Of a stretch of 43,276 nucleotides of DNA, positions 17,357 to 26,028 are shown one piece after another. The translations under genes were made by a program, and so were the position numbers. Below the pieces are notes generated by a model. That model did no database searches, was not told where the DNA came from, and saw nothing but the letters and a program-made list of their open reading frames with translations. This stretch comes from a virus (taxonomy: Duplodnaviria; Caudoviricetes): the IMG/VR virus record IMGVR_UViG_3300008255_000206, positions 1-43,276 of that record; one strand, written 5' to 3'. Position 1 is the stretch's first letter. Each line of letters begins with the position of its first letter.

Positions 17357-18636
17357 AGGTTGAGGTTCCTTTTTGCTTCGGCGACGTATTCAGGGTTGAG
17401 TTCCAATCCGGCGGAAATTTTCGCACCAAGTTCTTCGGCAACTCGAACCGCCATCCCGCCGCCACAGGTGGGATCAAGCATACGTGTGCTGTCATCGACA
17501 AGCATACGCAGGAAGTGAGTGAGCATACCGTGAGGCTTCTCGCTCATGTGATATTCTTTTGTAGTGCTGCCCGAATAGCTGTTGTTGACCGCTCGCACAA
17601 TGGGCCGATCGCCCCGAGTGCAGAAAAAAGCAGTTTCATAAGTGCGGCGAGGGCCTCGGTTGTGGTCAGGCAACATGCCCAGGCCATCGCTGCGATGCCA
17701 GATGAGCGGGAACGGGTCGACTTTCCAGCCACCGAGGTTTTGTAGAATGTCGCGGGTCTCGCCGTAGTAATTCATCGAGAACCAAAAAACCATGTGCGCG
17801 GATGAGGCGACAAAGTTGTCCTGTTCTTGCACGAAGGTGTGCAGAAGTTTCCAATAAACATCTGGTGCGTCATCGTATCCGCCGAGGTTCTTGGCTGCCG
17901 ATTGACCAGACTTGGTTGCGAGAATGCCGTAAGGAAAATCGCAATGAATGAGGTTGTAGGCCGGAGCATGGGGCTTCTTTGCCCACTCGAGGAAGTTGGC
18001 CTGAACAATGTAAGCTCGGCGATCGGGCTCTTCTTTTTCTTCCTGCTTCTTCGGGACGATCGGGGCAGCGATATCGGCGACTGCCTTGACGATATCGTGT
18101 TTCTCGCTCATGCGCTGGCGCTCGATTTTCCGGCGAGCAAAGTTGAGGGCGTTTGTGTAGGTTGGGGCCTTGGCGACTTCCGGCACGTTTTCATCTCGCA
18201 TTCGCTTGATGATAAGCGCATCGCTGATGGAGGCTTTGGCCGCACCGAGGGACTCAGCCGTCCTTGTCATGTTCCATTGAGGATTGATGGACAAAGACAG
18301 CTGATGAAAGCTGACGATTGCGTCGTTCTGCTCTTGCCACGTGAGGTCACGACGCTTGACGTTTTCTTCCAACTCGATAAGTTGAAGCTGCGTCGGATCA
18401 AGCTCGTCAGAGAACTGAACGGTGATGTTGTCGAAGCCCAGATGTTTGTGTGCGCGAAGCCGACGTTCTCCGGCGATCAGGATAAGTCCCTCACGCTGCA
18501 CGACAATGGGATGGATCAGACCCCGTTGGCGGATGGACTCTGCCAGTGACTCGATATCAGAGAAGTCTTTTCGCTGCCGCTCGTCGGGAACGGTTATGGA
18601 ATTGACAGGGATTACGGCGAAGTTTCCGCTAGTCAT
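17353..18636 (-). CDS. ParB-like N-terminal domain fused to an N6/N4 DNA methyltransferase (beta order)
   Basis: LIAGERRLRA and EEN..R ParB motifs, an HTH, catalytic DFPY, H-x-x-EKP, SAM motif LDPTCGGG and GLELNPEY. Confidence 0.85.
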   Translation of the reverse strand: MTSGNFAVIPVNSITVPDERQRKDFSDIESLAESIRQRGLIHPIVVQREGLILIAGERRLRAHKHLGFDNITVQFSDELDPTQLQLIELEENVKRRDLTWQEQNDAIVSFHQLSLSINPQWNMTRTAESLGAAKASISDALIIKRMRDENVPEVAKAPTYTNALNFARRKIERQRMSEKHDIVKAVADIAAPIVPKKQEEKEEPDRRAYIVQANFLEWAKKPHAPAYNLIHCDFPYGILATKSGQSAAKNLGGYDDAPDVYWKLLHTFVQEQDNFVASSAHMVFWFSMNYYGETRDILQNLGGWKVDPFPLIWHRSDGLGMLPDHNRGPRRTYETAFFCTRGDRPIVRAVNNSYSGSTTKEYHMSEKPHGMLTHFLRMLVDDSTRMLDPTCGGGMAVRVAEELGAKISAGLELNPEYVAEAKRNLNL

Positions 18637-18673
18637 TCGCGAGCTCCGTTAACAGATTGATAATAAGCCGAAT

Positions 18674-18701
18674 GGAGGCACGACGAGTAAGCCGTGCCTC
18701 C
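18674..18701 (-). terminator. Hairpin after the SSB gene (weak terminator or processing stem)
   Basis: 9-bp stem GGAGGCACG/CGTGCCTCC; poor U-tract. Confidence 0.4.
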
Positions 18702-18762
18702 GCAACCAGAACGCCGTCAACGTAGGCCTGGAGAACCGGACCTGGCTTGACGACGAACAGGA

Positions 18763-19233
18763 TCATGCCTCAGGAGCCGTTGCGCCCAGGTTGTCATACA
18801 TGACTTCCGGGTTTTCCTTGTCCGGCCGCAGGGTCAGTTCGCCCAGAAACCGACAGCCCTGTGCGTTTGCGAGCAGTTCGCTGACGGTGGAGGTTTCGGG
18901 CTGGCCGAGTGCAACACAGGCAAACTGCTTGAAGCGATACATACCTTTCTCGTAGGCAACCTTGTCGACCGCCCCGTCAGAAACGAAGAAGGTCTTGCGC
19001 AGCTGAACCTTGGTCACGTCGCCATAGGCGGACAGCTCGTCCGGGTCAACGTCATCGGTCGGGCTGACACACTGGCATACGAAGTCGATGCGATCGCCCT
19101 CGTTGCCGTCCTGGTCCTTGAAGGTCGTGACCTCGGGATGTTTGATGACCTGCCAGATATAGTGGCCGATAGGCATGTTCGATGGCCGCTTGATTTCTTC
19201 TGCTGCACGATCGAGCGCGTCAGTAAAACGCAT
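18763..19233 (-). CDS. Putative single-stranded DNA-binding protein (DUF669-like)
   Basis: P-x-G-x-Y start and OB-fold-like strands; lies in the Sak4/exonuclease module; AAGGAG RBS. Confidence 0.6.
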   Translation of the reverse strand: MRFTDALDRAAEEIKRPSNMPIGHYIWQVIKHPEVTTFKDQDGNEGDRIDFVCQCVSPTDDVDPDELSAYGDVTKVQLRKTFFVSDGAVDKVAYEKGMYRFKQFACVALGQPETSTVSELLANAQGCRFLGELTLRPDKENPEVMYDNLGATAPEA

Positions 19234-19300
19234 GGTAGTCTCCTTGAATTGCCCACGTCTGGGCTGGGGTTATCCCTAGCGACACGTCTGTCGGAGGGGA

Positions 19301-19615
19301 TCAGAGGCCGTTTTGAAAACGGCGAAGGTCTTTGCCGAAAGCGGTTTCGAGCTTGGCAATGTCGGCACGAACCCGAAAAAGGCGCTCATAGATAGAGCAG
19401 GGCTGCGCGTCTTCGCCACTCGGTTCTACCGGAGAGGTGTTGCAAGGTTGGGTGCCGAAAGCGTAGTCAGTCATTGTTGCCATTTCTGCCTGAATACTTT
19501 TCAGATGCTTCAGCGCTTCTTCGATATCAACGAGAATACTGCCGAAGGACTCTTGCTGAGAGTCTGGTGACTTGGCAGCAAAAAAGTTTAAGTCAGGTTG
19601 ATATTGTTCCGGCAT
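19301..19615 (-). CDS. Hypothetical coiled-coil protein
   Basis: AAGGAG RBS; begins immediately after the ATPase stop. Confidence 0.55.
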   Translation of the reverse strand: MPEQYQPDLNFFAAKSPDSQQESFGSILVDIEEALKHLKSIQAEMATMTDYAFGTQPCNTSPVEPSGEDAQPCSIYERLFRVRADIAKLETAFGKDLRRFQNGL

Positions 19616-19616
19616 T

Positions 19617-20399
19617 TTATTTCTCCTTCAGTTTTGCGAAGATTGTTGCAAGCCCTGTTTCGAGCGGATACTCTGCATCAATCCGCATCGGGGCAGGGTT
19701 TTTTAGATCGACCATGCCTGTTGGCATAGTTTTGATCTTACGCTTGACGTTAGCACCGGTGCCGGAAGACTCGGCGAGCAACAGAGTGTTGAAGTTGCGG
19801 GGAATTTTCGGACCGAGTGCCTTGCCGATCGCGGAGGCATAGTGCTTAACCGTGCCGTCCTTGTTCTCGGTAATCTCGATGTGTGAGATGATGATGACGT
19901 TGGTTTTAAAAAACTCCCCGGTGACGTTCATCAGCAGGTCGTCGATGAGTGACTGCGCAACAGAATACCACTGGCGCGGGTCTTTGACAGTGGGGTTCAT
20001 ATGTTTGGCCCAGCGGAAAGCGGCCTGGCCGAGGTTGGTCAGAGAGTCGATGACCAAGATGACGTTCGGACCCCAGGATGCGGGGTCTGAACCGTCGTCC
20101 CATTTCTCCAGCGCGGTCAGGGTGTTGGCATAGGCTTTCGGCGCGCCGACGCTGACTGTGCCTGTTGGCGAGCTTTTCATCTTGTCGCGGAAAGACTGGT
20201 ATTGGACCTTGGACAGGTCAAGACGCTGTTCCTTGGCGTGGTTAACCAGCGCGTCCAAGCCGCTGTCCAGGTCGATGATGCGCAACTCGTATCCGGCGGC
20301 AAGCAGAGAGACAAGGGCTCCCGTTTTGCCGGTGCCAGAAGCGCCGATGAACATGAGTTTGACAAACTCAGAAGAAGTGTGTTCGGTGAGGGATGGCAT
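19617..20399 (-). CDS. AAA_24 / Sak4-like RecA-fold ATPase
   Basis: GASGTGKT, IIDLDSG, LVIDSLT and IISH motifs. Confidence 0.8.
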   Translation of the reverse strand: MPSLTEHTSSEFVKLMFIGASGTGKTGALVSLLAAGYELRIIDLDSGLDALVNHAKEQRLDLSKVQYQSFRDKMKSSPTGTVSVGAPKAYANTLTALEKWDDGSDPASWGPNVILVIDSLTNLGQAAFRWAKHMNPTVKDPRQWYSVAQSLIDDLLMNVTGEFFKTNVIIISHIEITENKDGTVKHYASAIGKALGPKIPRNFNTLLLAESSGTGANVKRKIKTMPTGMVDLKNPAPMRIDAEYPLETGLATIFAKLKEK

Positions 20400-20590
20400 C
20401 AGATTTTCCGTTCGGCTTGGAGGGCTTTAACCAAACGGTCAAGATCCGGGAGGAGGGAAGCAGCGAGCTCGACTGTTTCTTCAGTCGCCGTTTCGAGGTG
20501 AGCAATAGCGTAGACCGCAGCTTGCGCGCCCTTTGCCCGACGAATGGCAAAGTTGTGCATCTGGGTTTTTTGCAACAGAGGGGTTTGCAT
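20399..20590 (-). CDS. Hypothetical protein
   Basis: TGATG stop-start coupling on both sides; start MQTPLL. Confidence 0.55.
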   Translation of the reverse strand: MQTPLLQKTQMHNFAIRRAKGAQAAVYAIAHLETATEETVELAASLLPDLDRLVKALQAERKI

Positions 20591-21510
20591 CAGCGTGCCT
20601 CCAGGGGATCCCAATTGTGTTCAGTGTAGTCTGCCTTGATGAAATTTTCCCGCACATGCTGAGGGCGAGAACAAACTCGACGGAAAGGGCAACCGCCGTA
20701 GTTGCCGCAGCTCGAGGCGTTCATCGGGAACTTTTCCATCTCGGTTGCATGGCGAGCGAGGTTGATGGTCCACAAGGCTGACTCATGCCATTCGGCAATC
20801 TGTGACTCGGTGCGGGTTGTGACGCCTCGTCCGAACTCGGTAAAGTTGATCGCGATTTGAGCTGCGTCGATGATGACGCCGTGAACCGGGGACTTGAGGA
20901 TGACCTTACCGGCCCAAGCGTAGCCGGTCATCTGGTTCGACGGATTGAACTGATCGAAGAAGTAAGGCCCGATGGTTGAGCCCGTGGTTTTCTGGTCAAC
21001 CACGTAGAGCTTGCCGCCGAAATCGCTAACGCGATCGAGATGGCCGCAATAAAGAATGTCCTCGGAGAGTTCGAGATTGAATGACAGTTCAACCGCCGGG
21101 GTTCCGTCTGCGAGGTGATATGTGGTCAGGCCGTCCTCGGTTTCTTCGCCGTATTGCTCGAGATACCAGACAATAGTGCGGATGAGGTTCGGGCGGGTTT
21201 TGGCCGCGTGATCGAAGGTCATGGGGTAGCCACCAGCGGGCGACTCATCACGGACCCACGAGTTGATCAGAGCGGTGTGGACAACTGAGCGCATGGCGTC
21301 CTCGTGTGATGCACCAGCGGCTTTGTGCTTGTAGTAACCTTCCAGGGCGGATGCGTAAAGCCCGCCAAACAGAAGATGGACGTTTTGCTGCCGAGGCTGG
21401 ATGCCTCGGATCATTGTGTAGTAGTATTTGCGAAGGCAGGTTTGAGCAAGCTCAAGGGAGGTTGCATCCCAAGCAAACTGAACGCCGTCGCGGAAAGAGC
21501 GCTTTTCCAT
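20590..21510 (-). CDS. PD-(D/E)XK Cas4/AddB-like exonuclease with probable 4Fe-4S cluster
   Basis: N-terminal C-x-R, GHLDR, VVDQKT, Q-x-x-x-Y and C-terminal C..YGGCPFRRVC. Confidence 0.85.
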   Translation of the reverse strand: MEKRSFRDGVQFAWDATSLELAQTCLRKYYYTMIRGIQPRQQNVHLLFGGLYASALEGYYKHKAAGASHEDAMRSVVHTALINSWVRDESPAGGYPMTFDHAAKTRPNLIRTIVWYLEQYGEETEDGLTTYHLADGTPAVELSFNLELSEDILYCGHLDRVSDFGGKLYVVDQKTTGSTIGPYFFDQFNPSNQMTGYAWAGKVILKSPVHGVIIDAAQIAINFTEFGRGVTTRTESQIAEWHESALWTINLARHATEMEKFPMNASSCGNYGGCPFRRVCSRPQHVRENFIKADYTEHNWDPLEAR

Positions 21511-21701
21511 CAGATATCCAACTCGATGTTCAGCCCGCTAACGGCCTTTTGGGCTGCGGTCAGGGTTTTCGTAGCCTTAACGGCGGCCGGGTTGGATTTG
21601 TAGGCTGCCCGACGTTCCCTCATGTGAGCGATGATCGCGTCGAGATCCTCTTTAGTCATTTTAAGGGGGTCTTTCATGAACAGGTCGGTGACTTGGCTCA
21701 T
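21510..21701 (-). CDS. Hypothetical protein
   Basis: Coupled to both neighbours; GAGG RBS. Confidence 0.65.
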   Translation of the reverse strand: MSQVTDLFMKDPLKMTKEDLDAIIAHMRERRAAYKSNPAAVKATKTLTAAQKAVSGLNIELDI

Positions 21702-21886
21702 AGTTCTACCTCAACTTTTATGTCGGCGGTTTCGCTTTCGGTCGACTTTAACCGATCAACGTAGGCTGAAATGATGGTGCGGATTACAGTCGAGACGCTG
21801 CGACCGGATGCGGAGTAGACCGACTCGAGGTAATCCCAATCACCCTCCCGAAGGTTCAGGGTGTGTTTCTTCAGATCCTCTTTCAT
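21698..21886 (-). CDS. Ribbon-helix-helix DNA-binding protein
   Basis: KHTLNL strand, a helix, then GRSVSTVIRTII second helix, as in CopG/Arc. Confidence 0.65.
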   Translation of the reverse strand: MKEDLKKHTLNLREGDWDYLESVYSASGRSVSTVIRTIISAYVDRLKSTESETADIKVEVEL

Positions 21887-22091
21887 TGGATTTCCTGATG
21901 ATGAACAGGTGGGTGTCGGGCCGGGCTGGGTCTGGCTTCAAGATGAGGTTTGCCAGATCGGGGTCAACTTTCCGCTCAGCGTAGAGGCGCTGTTGCAGAC
22001 GCCCAACGTCATTGGTCTCGACAAGGACACCGATACGAGCGTTGAGCGCCGCATAGAGAAGCTCAAGCAAAGGGAGCTTAGGCTTCGACAT
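21840..22091 (-). CDS. Hypothetical protein
   Basis: GAGG RBS; overlaps both neighbours. Confidence 0.55.
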   Translation of the reverse strand: MSKPKLPLLELLYAALNARIGVLVETNDVGRLQQRLYAERKVDPDLANLILKPDPARPDTHLFIIRKSNERGSEETHPEPSGG

Positions 22092-22425
22092 GGACCTCGA
22101 CCAGCTCCTCGGTTTTCTCGACGGGACGGAAAGTCACCAGCGGGACGATGTTCAGCTTCTCCTGCTGGGTGCCGGAAACGATGCAGGAAAACTCGACGCC
22201 ATCATCAATGTGAGGGGCGATGAAGGCAGCTTGACCGCGTTCGACATAGCCCATGTGCTGGAAGTTGTAGAGGATTTTGATGGCCGAGGGATCATACTGG
22301 TTCTCGGGCTCACGCTCGTAGAAGATCTCGTCTCCTGGCTGGCAAGCCTCGGCCCAGGCTTTGGCGTGAGGGCCGCGAAAATGCATTCCGACGACTCGGA
22401 CATTCGGAAAGGTTGGTATGCGCAT
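22078..22425 (-). CDS. HIRAN domain protein
   Basis: VVGMHFR...EREPENQYDPSAIKI...MGYV signature; AGGAG RBS before the ATG at 22425. Confidence 0.85.
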   Translation of the reverse strand: MRIPTFPNVRVVGMHFRGPHAKAWAEACQPGDEIFYEREPENQYDPSAIKILYNFQHMGYVERGQAAFIAPHIDDGVEFSCIVSGTQQEKLNIVPLVTFRPVEKTEELVEVHVEA

Positions 22426-22440
22426 TGTTAACTCCTGTTT

Positions 22441-22486
22441 AAAAAGCGCCTGCCGAGTGGAGGATGCTGTGTCCACTCGGCAAGCG
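22441..22486 (-). terminator. Rho-independent terminator
   Basis: About 15-bp stem (core TGCCGAGTGGA/TCCACTCGGCA) followed by U5 on the minus strand. Confidence 0.75.
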
Positions 22487-22515
22487 TCGGCTGCGGGTAA
22501 CGGAGAAGAAACCCC

Positions 22516-23025
22516 TCAGCCGATTTCGATCGAAGCGAGCTTTTCCTTCTGCTTCAGGTTCGCCTTGGCGACGCGAACGATTTCCTCGTTCTCGGCCACC
22601 TGAGCGATAAGCTCGGCGTATTGCTCGTCGGCGTTGTCGCCCTTCGACTCTTTCCAGGCCTTGATGGTGAGGCCTTTGTCCTTGATCTTGCCGTTGACGT
22701 AATCGCGAGCCAGGCGGGTGCATTCGGCCTCGAGCGGCGTCTGCGACTTGCGGCCGGCGCTGACGTTGTGCAGAGTGAAAACGTATTCGGCGTCCTTGGC
22801 CGTCACGAGTTCCTGAGCCTTGGTCTTGATCTCGTCAGTCGGGGCCTCGACACCGGCGTCCTTCATCAGCTTGGTGATGGCTGCGCGCACGTTGTTGCCG
22901 ATGTTTTCAGCGCGAACCTGGTTCAGCGCCTTGGCTTCGGCTTCGTTGAGCGTGTGGCCCGGCGCGTAGGGCTGGTTGACGGTGACTTCAACGCCTTGAA
23001 CGGTGATCTGCTTTTCGTTTGCCAT
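22516..23025 (-). CDS. Hypothetical helical protein, probably highly expressed
   Basis: Has its own promoter, AGGAG RBS and terminator; strong codon bias. Confidence 0.8.
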   Translation of the reverse strand: MANEKQITVQGVEVTVNQPYAPGHTLNEAEAKALNQVRAENIGNNVRAAITKLMKDAGVEAPTDEIKTKAQELVTAKDAEYVFTLHNVSAGRKSQTPLEAECTRLARDYVNGKIKDKGLTIKAWKESKGDNADEQYAELIAQVAENEEIVRVAKANLKQKEKLASIEIG

Positions 23026-23060
23026 TTGTGGGGTCTCCTATTTGGCGGGTTCGTGCGGTT

Positions 23061-23089
23061 AATATAACGATCGGTTGTGGGAGAGTCAA
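23061..23089 (-). promoter_or_regulatory. Sigma70-type promoter
   Basis: TTGACT-17 bp-TATATT. Confidence 0.75.
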
Positions 23090-23137
23090 TGGTCGTAATG
23101 AGGTGATATGGTTGTTTCGACCGACGGTATGACCATA

Positions 23138-23533
23138 TCAACTCGGTTCGAGCGGCGGAAGCGTGGCGAGCCCTGCGTTGGCTTCTGCTGCGGTGATGAC
23201 CTTTCGGGCAGGCTGGTAGCGGGCGAACTTGTCGATCCTTTGAGGGACAGAAGCTGGTGGCGGAAAGGAGGGTTCGTAGGTATACACATCTCGGTAAAAA
23301 CCCTCCTCGACACTTCTTTTAACGCTTTCATAAACTTCTTGAAAGGTCAAAGACCTCGCCCTCGGAATTGGGAATGCCTCGGATGTAGCTGTGGGGGCTC
23401 CCCAATCAACCTGAAAGTAACGACTAGAGTCGCCCGATAGCATTTTCAGCCTTTCTTCCACCAGCTTTTTCCAGCGGTCTTGCTCTTCCTTACTCGACAA
23501 GGGAGTCGTCCTCGAAGCTGTCACTGGAGACAT
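23138..23533 (-). CDS. Hypothetical protein (start uncertain)
   Basis: Fills the gap after the helicase on the coding strand. Confidence 0.4.
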   Translation of the reverse strand: MSPVTASRTTPLSSKEEQDRWKKLVEERLKMLSGDSSRYFQVDWGAPTATSEAFPIPRARSLTFQEVYESVKRSVEEGFYRDVYTYEPSFPPPASVPQRIDKFARYQPARKVITAAEANAGLATLPPLEPS

Positions 23534-24959
23534 AGGCCAGATACTTTTTGGCTCGCGTCTCGATAACATACTTGAGGTTCGCGTCTTGCTCATGGTCTTT
23601 CACCCTGCAGAGATGTTGATTGAGGAACCACACACGATCAAACTCGAGGCCTTTGGACTTGTGACCAGTCATCAGGTGGATACGACCATCACGAGACATG
23701 AGGTGTTCGAGGTAGGCGATGGCGTCGCCGATGGTAGCGGTTTGCTCGAAGATGACCTTGATGCAAGCTGCCGTGTCGTGGACCTTGCCCTCAGCGCCAT
23801 CGCGAGCTTTGGAAAGCTGTTTTTCTTTCCACTTGGCGAGCTCGGCGATGGCTTCCTTGGTCGGGGTCTTGGTCGAGCCGAGCTTGTTCATGATCTTGCT
23901 CAGCGGCTTGACCATATCACGGCCCGAGATTTCGGGAAGCAGGCCGACCTTGATCAGTCGAATTGCCATCGAAAACAGCGGAGCGTTGTTGCGGCAGATG
24001 ATCGCATCGCCTTGCTGGAGCTCCTCTGGCCGCCAGACAACGGGACGGTGAACCTCGCCGTCAATTTGCCAGTCGGGAGACTGCAGGTCGGGTGCTCGCC
24101 AAGTCGCGTTGGCGGCGATGTTCTTGCCGCAGCGGAAGGTGACAGTCAGGCGCAGCTCTTCCATGTCGAACATCTGAATGAGGTTCGGCAGGGATTTCGT
24201 GTCGGCGCCTCGGAAACCATAGATCGCTTGGAAGGGGTCGCCGACAGCGATGATGCGGTTGCGCTTGACGATCTTGCGCAAGACCAGGTGGTTGAGGGCC
24301 GACAGATCTTGAGCCTCGTCGACCATAAGCAGCTGTGTGGTCGGCCAACTGACCGGCGACAGAGCAGGGCAATAGATCATATCGTCGAAGTCCAACGTGC
24401 CCTTGAGGGCTTGCTGGAAGGAGATGATCAGTGCGGCTTGGACGAGCTCGCGCTGGAGCTCGGAAGGTTCCATCGGAAGGCTGAAGAAAAAGTCCTCGTC
24501 AGAGTCGATGGATTTGTAGGGCGTGCCTTTGCGGAATTGCTCGGGCAGATAGCCGCCGGCTTTTGCTTGCCGAATGATATCGAGAGTATCGGCAAGCTCT
24601 TCAAAGGCGATGGTTTTTTCTTCGGGGTCTTTCAGCTCGCCGATGAGCGATTTGACGATCTCGAACATCTTGCGATCGGCGATGTTGGTCTTGCAGCGGA
24701 TGAAATTGCGCCAAGCTGCGAAGCCGATGGAGTGCAAGGTTTTGGCCTCACAGTTCTTTGGCAGTCGTTCGGCCATTTCGACTGCGATGGCCTTGTTGAA
24801 AGCCAGGCAGAGGATCTGAACGCGGGGCAAAGCCTCGGCGATCATGACCAGTGTAGAGGTTTTGGCGGCACCAGCGCGAGCGACGACTGCGAGATTGGCG
24901 GCGCTGTTTTGCGCCGCCTCGATGATTGCCTGCTGTTCAGGTGTGGGGGTATGGGTCAT
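23490..24959 (-). CDS. UvrD/Rep-like SF1 helicase
   Basis: PTPEQ, ARAGAAKT, LAFNK, TLHS, VDEAQD, VGDPFQAIYGFRGA, TGHKSKGLEF and YVIETRAK. Confidence 0.92.
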   Translation of the reverse strand: MTHTPTPEQQAIIEAAQNSAANLAVVARAGAAKTSTLVMIAEALPRVQILCLAFNKAIAVEMAERLPKNCEAKTLHSIGFAAWRNFIRCKTNIADRKMFEIVKSLIGELKDPEEKTIAFEELADTLDIIRQAKAGGYLPEQFRKGTPYKSIDSDEDFFFSLPMEPSELQRELVQAALIISFQQALKGTLDFDDMIYCPALSPVSWPTTQLLMVDEAQDLSALNHLVLRKIVKRNRIIAVGDPFQAIYGFRGADTKSLPNLIQMFDMEELRLTVTFRCGKNIAANATWRAPDLQSPDWQIDGEVHRPVVWRPEELQQGDAIICRNNAPLFSMAIRLIKVGLLPEISGRDMVKPLSKIMNKLGSTKTPTKEAIAELAKWKEKQLSKARDGAEGKVHDTAACIKVIFEQTATIGDAIAYLEHLMSRDGRIHLMTGHKSKGLEFDRVWFLNQHLCRVKDHEQDANLKYVIETRAKKYLAYVSSDSFEDDSLVE

Positions 24960-25216
24960 TTTGCGGACTCCGCAAGCATGGCGTCGGCGATGAGGAAGGT
25001 CGTTTTTGCGACAGCTTCCCAAAAGTCTTTTAAAGCTTCTTCCGGTGTTTTGCCCGGAAGCACTTCAAGGGGGTCGTCGTGCATAGTAGCGCAAATGCCT
25101 GCCAGCGCTTGACCGGCATACCACTGACGAAGGGACATGCCGGGGTGAGGAGATGAGTTGGTGTTTTCCGGGTAAGGAAAAGCAGCGTGACCATCGGAAC
25201 CATCAGTGCGCAGCAT
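24956..25216 (-). CDS. Conserved phage hypothetical protein
   Basis: AFP...GMSLRQWYAGQAL...IADAML pattern, common in phage early genes. Confidence 0.75.
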   Translation of the reverse strand: MLRTDGSDGHAAFPYPENTNSSPHPGMSLRQWYAGQALAGICATMHDDPLEVLPGKTPEEALKDFWEAVAKTTFLIADAMLAESAK

Positions 25217-25659
25217 CAGAAGTTCACCTCTTCAGTCTCGGCGATTTCAAGGATGCGTTTGTCCTCAATTGCCTCGAAAAGCTTGTCGGCGTTCCGCAGG
25301 ATGGTGGTGACGAAGTGCTGGGCCTCGACCGAGGCAAGGTGCTCGCCCATGCCTTTGACAGAGGCCATCTGCCGGGCCATGACGCGGAGCTCACGCTGAG
25401 CGCGGTTCGGGTAGGAGAGGAAAAGGCCGATGCCGACAGCCTCGGGGGAGTCAAAGCTGACGTAGCGATAACGCTCGTGATAGTAGTGGATATCGGCAGA
25501 AAGGTTGTCCTGGAAGTCGTCAGTCAGGTTGATGACAACCTCGCCGCTGCCGTTTTCCCGAAGGTTCACACTCAGAACCTCGGCTGTCGTGTAGCCCAGC
25601 GTCTCGCGGCAAAACTTTTCGATCGCAGGGATTTCTGCGAGAAACTCAGTCATTTCCAT
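25216..25659 (-). CDS. Hypothetical protein
   Basis: GGAG RBS; lies downstream of the promoter at 25708-25736. Confidence 0.7.
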   Translation of the reverse strand: MEMTEFLAEIPAIEKFCRETLGYTTAEVLSVNLRENGSGEVVINLTDDFQDNLSADIHYYHERYRYVSFDSPEAVGIGLFLSYPNRAQRELRVMARQMASVKGMGEHLASVEAQHFVTTILRNADKLFEAIEDKRILEIAETEEVNF

Positions 25660-25707
25660 TTGGAAGGTCTCCGTTGCTGTGTCCGGGCAGAGTTCGCCCG
25701 TGGGGTG

Positions 25708-25736
25708 ATTGTGCGTTTTTTCGGCCGAAATGTCAA
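25708..25736 (-). promoter_or_regulatory. Sigma70-type promoter with a palindrome in the spacer
   Basis: TTGACA-17 bp-CACAAT; spacer contains TTTCGGCCGAAA. Confidence 0.7.
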
Positions 25737-25745
25737 CCGGCGTGA

Positions 25746-26006
25746 TCAGATATCAATGGCGATGTTAAGGCCACCGAGGGGCGAGTTGTCGACTTCGGCT
25801 TGCTTGCGGGCTTCATGGCGAAAGAGCTCATCACGGGCCGCTTTCAGAGCATAGTCCCACAACTCTTCTGGCGTTTGTAAAACGACATAGCCGTCTCGCA
25901 TGATATCACGAGAGGGGAAAGCGATGAAAGCGTCTTTGAACTCGAGAAAATAAATCGCCGGAGCGATGTATTTGCGGCTTCCCGCGAATTGGGCTTCTGG
26001 GGTCAT
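25746..26006 (-). CDS. Hypothetical protein
   Basis: GGAG RBS; ends GGLNIAIDI. Confidence 0.65.
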   Translation of the reverse strand: MTPEAQFAGSRKYIAPAIYFLEFKDAFIAFPSRDIMRDGYVVLQTPEELWDYALKAARDELFRHEARKQAEVDNSPLGGLNIAIDI

Positions 26007-26028
26007 AACGATAGCTCCAGTTTGATGA

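Noticed and set aside
23586-25112. 508-aa plus-strand ORF
   Set aside because: Antisense shadow of the UvrD gene caused by codon bias; no motifs.
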